A stretch of 64,000 bases of DNA from Tubiluchus corallicola. Its lineage: Eukaryota; Animalia; Priapulida. Below the pieces are notes generated by a model. That model made no database searches, was not told the origin of the DNA, and saw nothing but the letters and a program-made list of their open reading frames with translations. The stretch covers positions 1-64,000 of the forward strand of contig JAQGDQ010000203.1 in the NCBI GenBank assembly GCA_030141605.1, read 5' to 3'. A program made the translations under genes and the position numbers. Below are positions 26,917-39,175 of this stretch, piece after piece (positions within the stretch are counted from its first letter, which is position 1; every line of letters starts with the position of its first letter).

Positions 26917-28644
26917 GTAAGATGTTTCACTTTCACTCAGTTCAACACCGTGATAGGATTAAAACTAGGACTTTCCACTGGCAACAATTAGTTCATTTGT
27001 CTCCACCCGTTCATTAATTTGTTCATTCATTTGTTCACACATTTATTTATTCGTTCGTTTATGCATGCGTGCGTGTATTTGTTCATTCACTCATTTATCC
27101 ATTTGCGTTAATTCGTTTGTTCATTCACTGGTTTCCTCATTTTCTGTTTCATTTACACTTCCATGTTCTTTTATTTTGTTTGAAATGTTTTAAATTGTTT
27201 TAAGTGTTTTAAATTTGATTGAAGTGTTTTAAATTTGTGTAATATTTACTTCAAACGTAACAATAAAAAGTAATTGAACAGTAAGAACCAATAAACAGCT
27301 CATCATTCTGTAGTTCATCAAAAATTCCATTCCGTCTAACAGGTCTGACTATTTCAACTGTAGTCGGCAAATAAAACTTCATTTATTGAAATCCAACTGG
27401 TATCATTACTAATATGACGGTTGCTTGACACTTCATGTTAGGCAACATTTGTTGAACTTTTGCCATAATTACTCTGCGCCCACTTTACTCTATTTTTTCG
27501 CCATTGTTAACGTTTGTCACCAAACAAACTCAGTCCAATTTGCATTGAAAGACCTAGTGACAAAACTGTCGACCTACAAAGACAAAACGTTTTCGCATAA
27601 ACATAAACTTGCCCTGGATTAATTTATTCCTTTTTTTCTTTTCTTGCTTCTAATCTTTTTTGGAAGAAATTAAAGAAATAGTTAGCAGAAAATAAAATAA
27701 GAAAGTGTTGCTTTTGATGTGTTGATGAAGAAAGTGTTGCTTTTGATGTGTTGATGAAGAAACTGTTGGTTTAAAACCGAGTTCTAATCTGTTCTTGCGA
27801 TCGTCTGTTTGTTAGTTGGTCTGTCTGCTTACACCTATTAAATTTTTTTGCCACATAGCGATTTTTTACATTGACCGCAATATATTTCAAAAGCTGAAAA
27901 TAATAATAATAATACACAAATATGGCAGAGATTTGTCGAAAAGTCATAGTTAATGCAGATCTTGCTGAAAAACAAATTTGTACTTTCCAGTTACTAAAAT
28001 GCTTTCAAAGTTAATCGGTTGAGCAATTTTGGATACATTTTTATCGACACGTACAAAATGAAACTTCCTAACACGGAAATTAGTCAGTTAGTCATAATTA
28101 ATAAGCTCACTATTAATAAGCTGCTAATGACGTGTTTTCTGTAATGTCCAGTGTTTTTAGCTTCTGTGTTACAGGTACGATTTTTTTTCAGTAAACTGTT
28201 CACGTCGTCAATGTCGCTACTTAGTTTAAACATAGTTTTTTGAGAAGCTAGTTGAAACCTTTTTCTGAAGGCCGTGATATCATTTTTTATTCATCGCAAC
28301 TTGGTAATCGCATCTCAAACGGTCTGCTTGTTGTTCTCAAGACAGGAAAGTTGTCTACAGATGCAAATATAAATACATATACTTATACATGTACAGATAT
28401 TATATTTTTCATATACACATAGATCAAACATAATGAAATGTTTCTTGCTTTGGCATTCAGAAATAGATAATATTAAAGTTAATAAGGATTATCAACAGTA
28501 GCAACATGTTAAAACCTCACCAGTATAAACCTTACTAAACCACACTACAATAGATCCAGTCAACATACTTTCATTGTACGTATTTATATGTGGGTACATA
28601 ATTTCATTTTATTGTATTACTCTACGTGCATATGGCAATTAAAA

Positions 28645-28838
28645 TACCTGTATCTGCAACTGTGCCTGTGCCTGTATTTGTACCTGTGCCTGTACTTGTA
28701 CTTGTACCTGTGTCTGTACCTGTACTTGTGCCTGTACTTGTACTTGCACCTGCACCTGTATAGGAACCTACACCGGCACCTGTACCTGAACGTGAACCTG
28801 AATCTGAACCTATACTTGTATCTGTATTTGTCTGTATG
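28645..28838. repeat. Degenerate hexamer repeat (TACCTG/TACTTG)n
   Basis: Visible; gives the LYLCLY/RYKYRH artefact ORFs. Confidence 0.9.
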
Positions 28839-30349
28839 ATAGGAACTACTGATTATAGTTTCAATCAATGATCACAAGTGGCGTGAAGCAGAAACGCTTA
28901 AAATGCCAGAAGAGACAATTTTTGCTATTTTAACGTTTTTAGCAACTTTCATTAGTTCTAAACACTGATCGTGAGTTGATTGGCTGTAGCTTCATATTTT
29001 GCTACTCGACTACTACGTAAACGTTCAAGAAAGTCTGTTGCAAAACCCAAAAAATGTTGCAAAACCTGAGTTTTTGATCATATACATCTCACCACCAGTA
29101 CTTCATAACCAGAAAACTAAACCAGACCTTATCCTCTGTTGTACTGAGTTTTTAGATGGTTTAGATTGTGCTGTTGGTGGCTTGTAAAAAATAAATTGGA
29201 CTTTGATTTTTAGCACTTAGATAAAGATTAGTTAAAATTCGAAAGTTCAATAGTGAAGATTTTATTGGGTTTTACAACAGATTTTCATGAGCGCAAAGCA
29301 GTGAAATTGCTACCTCTAGAATTTAAAACATTCTGTTTTAATTTGAAAATGATGCAAAAATATGCAAAGCCTTGTTGATTTAAATTTAAATTTTGATCAT
29401 TTTTTTACTATGCCGTAGAGGCAACAGTTATAAATCGTATAAAAATTACTGCAGGTTAAATGTATTTAAATATTCCTTTTCGAACTCTTTGTCACAAAGA
29501 TGCTAAAATAAAAAAAATAATTTAATGAACTTTTATAAATTTTAATCGCGACTAATAACTTTGAGGAGCTTGTAGGAAATTCTGCCATCTCCAGTCAACA
29601 AACTGTCTTTTTATAAAAACATTAATGTTGATTTTATATTTCCGTAGTTTTTCTGTAACCGTATGTTTTTTGTTGTTGAAGGAATAAATACAATTAGTTT
29701 TTTTTTGAAATTCAATAACTGGATGCAAAGTAATTCTTGGATAAAACTTAAAAAGTGGACAATTATATATTTTTTTCAATAACTGTAGCGTGAGTCTGTT
29801 AGCTTTTTTATCAAGTGTTGTTTTGTTCCTTTTCCATTATTTTGTACAAAATCCTTCTCAATCTCTTACTTAAAACAACTTCCTACGTCTTATCATTTAT
29901 TTTCTAATTTAAAATTTGTTCCTGTAGCAGCCGTACAGAGGCATTATTATAGCTCTCTTTTGCTTCGAGTGGGTTTAAGTGAACTTTAATTACGTGAATA
30001 TAGCCTTTCTAGTATCCAGTAAACTGCATGAGTGCAGCTAAATGAACGGCAGACGTTGCTCGGGGCCTTCAAAGATAGTTATCTTGAGGAAGTAATAAGA
30101 CAAAAACAGCTTAAAGGAGTTGGTAATGTGGTTGCAAACTGAGTAACCCACATTTACAGAAAAAATCTGTTTTATATTTTTATACGTGAAACGAGAATAC
30201 TACTGGTTCATAACTATTTTATTTAACACGTTATTTATTGAGTTCAGACGATGGTGCTGATTAATTTTTGGTTTTGAAAATGATATTTGTATCGAAAAGA
30301 TCGTCTGAACTCAGTAAATATCATGCTGTTTCCCAGAAACTAAAAAGTT

Positions 30350-30423
30350 TTACGCTGCCTGGATTTGAACCAGGGACTCTCTGCTTATGAGGCAGACGCG
30401 TTAGACCACTCGGCCACTGTATA
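30350..30423 (-). pseudogene. tRNA-like sequence (tRNA pseudogene or SINE head; CAT in the anticodon-like loop)
   Basis: A box TGGCCGAGTGG, B box GGTTCAAATCC, arms TCTGC-CTCATAA-GCAGA and CCTGG-TTCAAAT-CCAGG. The acceptor stem is only about 5/7 paired, and related diverged copies lie nearby. Confidence 0.6.
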
Positions 30424-30767
30424 GAGCGCGTGCCTGATTCCAATGGTCAAGATTTCAATAGCTCGCCACCGAATTCATCATTTACAGTGTTAGATCGCTT
30501 AGACTAGAATGTGTCTTAATCAATTTTATTTTGATTAATTGTTTGCCTAAAATTTGCATGGCTAATTATTAATAAATTATTACAATCTTAGTATCAAGAT
30601 TGTTGTTAATAATGGAACTAACCCACAGTTTATTAAATTCCGATGCCAAATTTGAAAGACAGGAAATGTGAAAAAAATGAAATAGGCTATATGCCAACTT
30701 TCTCACAATTTTTAATTTCCTATGGAATGTTCAGGTTAAAAACTAATCAAAATTAGTTAATAATCAT

Positions 30768-30985
30768 TCTACTGTAAGCGATGGAGTTAAGTGGCGAACT
30801 ATTGGAATTTTGGACTGACCTGACATTTGGATATACAGTGACTGAGTGGTCTAAGGCACCTGCCTTGTAATCAGAAGCTCCCTGATTCAAATCTAGGTTG
30901 TGTCCCAACTTTTCACATTTTCTGTCTTTCGAGTTTGGTATCAAAATTTAATTAGCTGCGCGTTTGTACCATCGTTTACACCGTT
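30768..30985 (+). mobile_element. tRNA-related interspersed repeat (SINE-like), copy 2
   Basis: TGACTGAGTGG...TGATTCAAATCTAGG head at about 30832-30905, plus a body also seen inverted at 30600-30680 and at 31520-31600. Confidence 0.6.
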
Positions 30986-31140
30986 TGCTTCAATAATATT
31001 TAGTCTTTAACATGTAAATGCACCTTTTACAGTAACAGGGGATATGGCTGCGTAATTATATAATAATATTAAAAAGAATTAAACTGTAAAAGGCTACCGA
31101 AGTCACTTAAAACATTAAAAATCACTGCTTTCTTATTTAG

Positions 31141-31312
31141 CAAACAGGAATCAACATTTTCTTCCGCGAGGCGGCGCCAGCAGGCCAGGAATCAGGTGTA
31201 CAAGTGCTGTTATTACACGGTGCAGCATTTTCGTCACAAACGTGGAGCAACTTGAGTACTATTCAAATACTGGCAGCTATGGGCCATCGGGTGGTTGCTA
31301 TAGACTTACCAG
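31141..31312 (+). CDS. ABHD14: ABHD14-like coding exon 2
   Basis: [58 protein letters not shown], bounded by AG/GT. Confidence 0.93.
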
Positions 31313-31447
31313 GTAATGTGAGAATTGTCTCAAACCAAATTTGTTCAGAATTGAGCTGCTTTCAATCTTTATAGCAGGTGTGTGAGTAATAATCAAGTAA
31401 ATATAAATTAATTATTATTGTCTTTGGGCTGTCTTGATAATTGAGCA

Positions 31448-31600
31448 ATATGGTAGCTTAGTGGTCAAACGCGTCGGCAATGTAAGCAGAAGGTCTCTGG
31501 GTCAAATCTAGGATGTACTTCAATTTTTCCACGCTTCTTGTTTTTTAAACTGGGTATCAAATTTTAATTGACTGTAGGTTTGTTTTGTCACAACGTCACA
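31448..31600 (+). mobile_element. tRNA-related interspersed repeat (SINE-like), copy 3
   Basis: TAGCTTAGTGG A box and GGGTCAAATCTAGG B box, followed by the shared body. Confidence 0.55.
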
Positions 31601-31737
31601 ACAGATTTTTGAGGAATTAATTGTCACCAGCAGTTTCAAACACGTACTTTTAATAACGTATTACATAATAAACATATCCTAATATTAACCTTTGCATTAT
31701 GACAGTCATTTTAATTAAATTTCACTTATCGTTTTAG

Positions 31738-31970
31738 GATTTGGAAACAGCAAAGCAAGAGGCCAAATTGCAGCACAAAGAACTCAACAATTTTTGACAG
31801 ATATTCTTAAGACGTTTAACTTAAAGCGTCCTGTGATTGTGAGTCCTAGCATGAGTGGACGATTCGCTGTTCCCCTTCTCATTGAGAACCCAGATTTATT
31901 GAGAGGTTTCGTCTCCGTTGCCCCTATAGAAACAGAAAAATACAGTGTGGAGCAGTACCAAGCTGTGAAG
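31738..31970 (+). CDS. ABHD14: ABHD14-like coding exon 3 (nucleophile SPSMSG)
   Basis: (G)FGNSKARG...RPVIVSPSMSGRFAVPLL...YQAVK, bounded by AG/GT. Confidence 0.93.
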
Positions 31971-33060
31971 GTAATCTCCGCAAAATCTTAACGTAGCTCT
32001 ATATGCATGGTAGGGTGAATCTGTAAAATATGACTTGAAATAATTAATTACACATTTAAACATGGTTGATGTACAACATGTCTACTGCCCCTAAATATAG
32101 AAAACATGTCGTGATAAACAGCAACCCTTTTATTATCAATTAATAAATTGGATATAACAAAAACATTCTAAAGCCTGTTGCAAAACTGAATAATGTTCTT
32201 TAAAATTAAGCTTTCGGATTTTAAAAATTCTTCTTAAATTTAATCTACCGCAATTTCTTAAAACACAAACCATATCGCCGAAAACCTGACTGCTAAAAAC
32301 TAATCTTTCTACCAGTGACACATAGTATGCATAGTTATAAAACATAAAACTAAGACATTTGCTTCAACAAACAGCCGTCATAAAATGCATTTGAGAACAG
32401 TTTTGTTATCACAGAAACTCTAGTTGAACTTGGATAATTTTTTAGGTTAGATTAAATTAGACTTGTACTACAGCACTTGAGGCCATAAATTCTAATTAGT
32501 GACATTGAATGACGAAGAAAGATCGTTTGCTAACCACATACTGAAAAGATTTGTGTTGATCAGTGATCAATTTCACCAAAACACACACAATTAATACTCA
32601 ATTTGATTATGCTGAGGATCAAACGTGTCCTGATAACATCGATAATAGTTAATTTTTTATTGACAAGAAAAAATTGATATACACAGTTGCATAGACCTAC
32701 ACATTTTTATTTATCTCCTCGCAAATGTGAAAATACATATAATATTTATAATGCTCCAATATATTTTATTTGTTGAGCAGACTGTAATCAATATTTTCCA
32801 TTGTCAAGGCAAATGTCACATTTACAATTTGCTGGGATAACCAGTCATACATTTAGTTTAAGATAGTTTATGAGCAGTTGATTGGTTGTCACACAAATGT
32901 CTACTTTTATCAGTTCATTACTAAGAAAATCCTCTTGCGATTTATCCTTGTATTGCAGCTGAAATGTTTTTATTTTAGCATAAAGTTTAAGTATGATAAT
33001 TTAAGTATTAAAAGAAAGTTGTAAATTTGTTTATAAACTTTATTTGTGTGCGTTTTTCAG

Positions 33061-33252
33061 ATTCCCACATTGATAGTTTACGGTGAGCATGATCAAGGAC
33101 TTGGTCGCATTTCTACAAACAGGTTAAAAAATTTGCCCAACAGCAAGGAGTTGATGATACCAAATGGCAAGCATCCAGCTTACCTACAGAATCCAGAGTT
33201 ATGGCACAAAGCTTTATACAATTTTCTTAAAATAATCGCAAGTCAAGGCTGA
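33061..33252 (+). CDS. ABHD14: ABHD14-like last coding exon (catalytic Asp and His)
   Basis: IPTLIVYGEHDQGLG...GKHPAYLQNPELWHKALYNFLKIIASQG* after TTTTTCAG. Confidence 0.93.
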   Translation: MPTLIVYGEHDQGLGRISTNRLKNLPNSKELMIPNGKHPAYLQNPELWHKALYNFLKIIASQG

Positions 33253-34079
33253 TGTATTAAAATTTGATAAACCGGACATATCTAGTTGTGAATGTAAATG
33301 GTAAATGTGACAACGATGCTGGTGCGATAGTGAACTGCAACAAAAAGTATCCAGTGATGCGTACATTATTTTTAAGAGTTTGATTTTCTGTGTTAAAGAA
33401 TTTAACTTGATACATGAGCTTTGTAAAATTAAAAGTCTTAGTGTGGAGACAGCAAGAGACGGAGACTGAGAGAAAAAGAGGGGCAGAGAAAGGGGAGAGT
33501 GTCTGCGCGCGTGAGCTCTTGAAAAGAGGGATACGAGAGAGTTGTCTTTTAAGACATTAAAATGTCGTCGTGATTTTTATTATTGCATCGCATTGACATT
33601 GTTGTGAACATTGTGCTGTGCTTTTCTTAATTACCATTTTTTGATTTTATTGGCAGCCATTAATTAGTTTCCGCTGTTTAGTTGGTTAAATCTAATTATT
33701 AATTCGGAGCCCAAAAAATATTAATTTGTGAATATAAGCTCTATTTTAATGACTCATTAAGATGAATTGCAAGGATAAAAATTAAACTCAACCCTCGAGG
33801 ACATATTTTTTTAGCCAAACGGCGTCACTAATGAATATTTTACTGTACAGTATTTATGTATAACATCATTAAGGTGCACAAGTTTAATTAGAGATTGTTG
33901 ACTTTTCAAAAAATTTTAAATATCAAGTTTTTTGTCTTATACACACGAGATTCAATTTCGAGTAACTAGACAGCTAATGTCAGACGTGTAACCATTAAAA
34001 ATGAAACTCACAGCAGTACTCCTCTCTTTTGTAGATTTTGTTTGTTTATTCTTGACTACAAAAACGTAAGACGAGATAA

Positions 34080-34265
34080 CACTGTATTAAATTCATTATT
34101 TATAATTGTATAAATAAGTGGAAAGTATCAGTCACTGTATAAATGTAATTGTATAAATATGTGAAAAGTATCAGTCACTGAACTAATATAATTATATAAT
34201 TATGTGAAAAGTAACAGTCACTGAATAAATGTAATTATATAAATAAATGTAAAGTATCATTCGCT
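34080..34265. repeat. Degenerate tandem repeat of about 43 bp, about 4 copies
   Basis: Recurrent ...TATAAATATGTGAAAAGTATCAGTCACTG. Confidence 0.7.
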
Positions 34266-34281
34266 GGTGCATCATTTTGTA

Positions 34282-34314
<33 letters not shown>

Positions 34315-34744
34315 GTTTTGCCGAGTTTAGAAATTACCTTTTTAGGCATTTTAAGCATTGCAGTTAACAACGTCGCACCACATAATTTGGAATTTTTGAA
34401 AAATACTTCTTAAAATGTTAACTTCCTAACCGCCATAGGCGTTCTACTTTTGTTGTCTGGCTAAATATGGTTTACCCATAGCAAACAGTACCGCTAGCCT
34501 AGATCTATGCACAAGAAAAGCCTCCCAAATGAAAAAATAAATGTACCTTATTAATTACAAAAACAAATTTTATTTACAACACATTTAAGAAAGATTGTCT
34601 ATTTATATAGTGAGGATAGAGACTGTGAAGTATCGAATATGTAATATGTACACACTATAAAAACAAACGTGCTCAGAAGTGTCAGATATGGAGCGTCTTC
34701 GAAATTTCTACGGTCAAGTTGCAATATATATATATATATATATA

Positions 34745-34999
34745 TATAAACAAGCAATTGTCCAAAATATTGAAGCTTAAGGGTGAGAAAGAGAGAGAGA
34801 CGAAATCGAAGTATCACAATTGGAACTGAAAGTCATTACCAGTGTGTTCACGAAGTCTTATTTTTGCCATTTTTGGTTGATTATTACAAAACTTATCACA
34901 AAGCTGTTTGCTGGTTGAAAAAAATCACCAAATCATAGATGACCAGCTTTGCGTTCAATATACTTATATTCAAACGTGTCATGATAACATTACACACAC

Positions 35000-35044
<45 letters not shown>

Positions 35045-35318
35045 AATACACCAAAAGTTTACTCTGCACGTGGGGAAAAGCTAGATCAGAAAAGAGAAAC
35101 CAGAGAGAAGCTAGATGGCGAATTCATTTAATGATTCCTTCACATCAATTGACAAACAGCTTTGTGATAAGTTTTGTAATAATCAACCGAAAACGGCAAT
35201 AACAAGACTTCCTCAACACACTGGTAATGACTTTTAGTTCCAATTGTTAGACTTCGTTTTCGTCTCTCTCTCTTTCTCACCCTTAAGCTTCAATATTTTG
35301 GACAGTTGCTTGTTTATA
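34745..35318. mobile_element. Fold-back/MITE-like element with inverted arms of about 170 bp
   Basis: 34745-34918 is the reverse complement (with mismatches) of 35145-35318; flanks are TA-rich. Confidence 0.8.
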
Positions 35319-37233
35319 ACATTAAGAGAAAATGGTGCTGAAAAAATCGCTACAAAGCGTTGACAGAGCCACAAAGTAAATTTGATTAAGTTTTTGCATA
35401 AGACGCCCCCTATATTTTTGTCTTAAAGGCTTTATTGTGCTTAGTGAAACGTTTAGCGGCGAAAAACTTGTCCAGCAATGCATTGAAAATTCATGGTGAT
35501 GTCCATGTTTCCTCATGAAAGTTTAAGACGCAGGTCAAAATCGGTATCCATTATTATTCCTAACGCATCATTGTAAACAACTACGAAGAGCAAACCTCTA
35601 TTACTTCTTGATTTTCTGGAGTTCTAGAGCAAGACATTAAGCCCGGGAGGCAAGGCCTCGGGCAAATTCTGAAAAGAACGCAAGACTCCATAAATTAAAT
35701 ATGTAGGACACGTCTGTCAGGTGAAAATAATGTAGCTATACTAAACGACGTTTCAATATATTCGATGGTCGAAAGTTTGTCAGAAAACTGGACATGTTTT
35801 TATGAGCGACTGCTAAAAGGTAACTGCAGGTAAGCGAAATATTGTTAAACATCAATTAAGATATCAGTGAATAGAAACTTAACCTTACATGTAAATTAAA
35901 AGATACATAACTGTGTTTTTATACTCCATTAACTGTGTTTTGATAATGCGTGATTGAATGTGATTCGCTGTGCAGTACTTTCACAGTAATTTCTCACTTA
36001 TACAAGCTCATGCAGAAAGATAATTATCCACCATTGAGAACGCATGTATATTATTAGTGGGTTCAGAATTATTGGGTATAATATTATTGGTTATTATTAT
36101 TCTTATTCGAACATCCACTTATAAGCATATAGCAAAGGCTTCAATAACTACTCAACCATTCGTCACTAAATTGTACCAGAATACTTATGAGGCAATGCTA
36201 TGAATGCTATGCCACTGTGATATTATTCCGTTTTAATAGGTTAATATTGCCAACAAATTATTAATGCTTGTTTAAATGCTGGCAACTATGTAGTGCCTAA
36301 AAATTAATGTGAAGAAGGCTAAAGGATAGGCATTTAAACTGTAGTGCGAAAGTGACAGATCAAGGGGTAGTACCTTCGGTGATATTCGTCATAGATGACG
36401 CGCACAGTATTCTGAAAGCTCCACTCTTATGAAAAACGGGTTGTCATTTGTGGAATGCCCGATTCGTACCTGCGATACGCAGTGGTCGAAAATCATATTC
36501 GTGATGAGGAGATTATTTCATCACGGATTCCTGAATTATAATGCACAACTTGGATCAATCATGTGAAATTTATACATGCCATTTTGACTACATTAAATCT
36601 GTCAATTCCGCGTTATGCTTCTTAAACTGCCGTTTTGGCTAAAAGAATACTGCTCAAACTGTAAAGCTGAATAACAGTGACAAACACGACAACACTGTTT
36701 TAAATGAGCTGTCACTTCTTAAAAAATGTACTTCTAATACGACAATTAGTAAAACATAAATTACATAAATAAACTGTACTTTTTAGGCTATACTGCTTAT
36801 ATGCCGTTTAGTTAGGTCCGAATTTTGATTTTGTAGGCTGTGTGGCCTACATGTACTGAGAGGCCACGGCCCCCAGTGACAGTTAGCAAAAGCATGAACG
36901 TTGGATTCTTGAAATCAGTTTATTCAACTTTTGCAACATAAGGTCCACATAGATCAGTGCAAGTCTAACACAACAGAAAGAAAAGAAATATTCTGATATT
37001 AACAAAATTAAGATAAGTTTTTGAAATTTTAAATGTAATACGTACAAATTATAAATAAATTGCCAACAAGTTAGGACAATGGACAATGGACAATGGACAA
37101 GAAAACTGTTTCAATGTATTAATTAACTGAGCGTTTTTAAAGAGATAATTCAGCATACGACTACTCTGATTCTATAGTAACTTTTCATAGTAAATTAATT
37201 TTACTTAATCTCTGGAGGCTCCTCAGCTGGCGG

Positions 37234-37944
37234 CAAGGCTGGCAGTACGGTACGTTACGAAAAAAATGCTTTAAATTACGGTAATTTTTTCGTACCTTTT
37301 CTATGCCATTTATCCCCAGTTTCTTGTAACATTTCTGTTGGTCAGCAACTCAGTGACAACTTATTTTGCTGATGTGTGAAAGTAGTTCCCTTTGAGTGCA
37401 AACAGCAAAGCCACGAGTTGTTTGGAAGTTGCAGTTGTTACTTCCCATAAATTACGTTTATATTTGTTTACAGATTGCTTTCCAGGCTTGACGCCAAACC
37501 ATGTAACGCCGTTCTTTTATATGCTATTTCTAGCTATTGCGTAGTAATTTACTGCACATCTCAAGCTATGCAGATTCTATGCAAGAATATTTCAAAATGT
37601 ATATCGGTTAATGAGGAATGCTTAGAACTTTGTCAATCTGTGCAAAATATTATCAGACTGCTTTTGTATATAATATGACATCATAGCCTGTATTGTGTAG
37701 CTTTTGTAATCTAAAATAAATAGTATGGAAGGTCAAACAGCAGTTCTGTTTTTATCTTACGCATAAATTCATAACAATAATTGATAAACATCGTTTTTAC
37801 AAATAAGTTTTATGCTACTCTTTATCTTTTTACAATAGATCCTACATGAACTTGGTACAAAATATGATACGCAATTACGGTACGATATTTTTAGAAGTAC
37901 GTAGTACGATATTTTGTTCGTACCGTACCGTACTGCCGGCCTTG
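37234..37944. mobile_element. Non-autonomous hAT-like DNA transposon (711 bp)
   Basis: TIRs CAAGGCYGGCAGTACGGTACGKTACGAA at both ends; 8-bp TSD GCTGGCGG / GCTAGCGG with one mismatch. Confidence 0.85.
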
Positions 37945-38022
37945 GCTAGCGGAGGCTCTATGCTGCAGCCAATAGCTTAATCAGGCACAGGAGTTTGGTA
38001 TTAAATTAGTTATATATATATA

Positions 38023-38059
<37 letters not shown>

Positions 38060-38061
<2 letters not shown>

Positions 38062-38237
38062 ATGCGAATGCGTGTTGGGGGGAGGGTCGGAATAGATGAA
38101 ATCGGTTTATATTGTTTTCACTGCATCGTTTTCTCAGCCTGCGCATGCGCCATTCACTCTCAAGCAGCTATTTCTATTGATTTTTTCCGCAGGCTGTTCG
38201 GTAGGTGCAAATTCATCCGCATCTCCATTCCGCATCC
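38060..38237. mobile_element. MITE-like repeat of about 180 bp, copy 1 (upstream of HAL)
   Basis: Termini GGATGCGAATG...CATTCCGCATCC; a second copy lies at 45235-45416; a (TG)n run precedes it. Confidence 0.75.
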
Positions 38238-38518
38238 TGCTACATAAACGCCACTTAATGTTTTATTATATTATTTATTTCTTATCATTTTGTATTTCAC
38301 AACTGCAAACCTCTTATGTAAATTGCGCTGTAATCGAATTATGCTTTGCATTGCTCACTATTTGTAAAATTTATTCAGTTTTAACTCATCATACTTTTTT
38401 ATTCAGTTTTAGCTATATATATATATAATTATATATTTTCTCGAGTAGTGATTTTGTTTCTTGGCTTGTCTACTTCGTCGCGCATTGGTGAAATACTGAA
38501 CAAAATTACAGGCAAGAG

Positions 38519-38671
38519 ATGAAGATTTCAGCTCGAGTCAGAGGTGAATGGTTGGCAATCCCATGTAAATCCGGTTCTGATTCTGTAAGATGGTTAGGAG
38601 ACGAAGCTCTGAGACGTTACGAGAAAATAAAACCATTTAGTTATGCTGAGAATAATAAAAACATTTTGAAG
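38519..38671 (+). CDS. HAL: HAL coding exon 1
   Basis: MKISARVRGEWLAIPCKSGSDSVRWLGDEALRRYEKIKP...ILK|GTATGA. Confidence 0.92.
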
Positions 38672-39175
38672 GTATGATTTCAGTTCATATGATTATGTTA
38701 TATACTGTAAATATGCAAAAACTTAAGTTACATAACCCACCTTAATACTAGTAATACCATGCAGCATTATGCAGCATGATATAGAGCATATTCCGGTCTG
38801 ACGCCAGCTGATTTGGTCTGGCAAATTACCTCAAGTTATACAATTGAATGTTAATCTTAAATTACATAATGCAGTTTCGTGGCATAACGTTTTTCAGATT
38901 ATGTTGGTAGATGTTATTTTTATACTGGTGTATAAATTAAAACAATTGATACCATAAGACCCAAAATGACTCGAAGAATGTCGTACTACAAAGTCTGCTA
39001 CATAAATTTGGCATTATACATTATTCGTATTCAATATTTTCTTCTGCCCAACAAACCTTCTATTATGGGATATTATTAGAATTTACCATAGATTTGTAAA
39101 GTATTGACCGACCCCACGCTTTCCTCTCACTAAGTTTAAGTCGAATATCAAAATATAAAGAGTATACAAAATTAA

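Larger units (their letters stand above)
26692..33252 (+). other. ABHD14: Gene model: ABHD14-family alpha/beta hydrolase, join(26692..26916,31141..31312,31738..31970,33061..33252), 273 aa
   Basis: GT-AG introns with compatible phases (0,1,0). Motifs [31 protein letters not shown] (ABHD14-type SxSxS nucleophile), YGEHD and GKHPAYL give a Ser-Asp-His triad. The N-terminal hydrophobic anchor resembles ABHD14A. Confidence 0.9.

Noticed and set aside
30350-30423. Functional tRNA-Met(CAT)
   Set aside because: The acceptor stem has two mismatches, the D-arm pairs poorly, and related diverged copies have different loops. Kept only as a tRNA-like repeat pending tRNAscan-SE.
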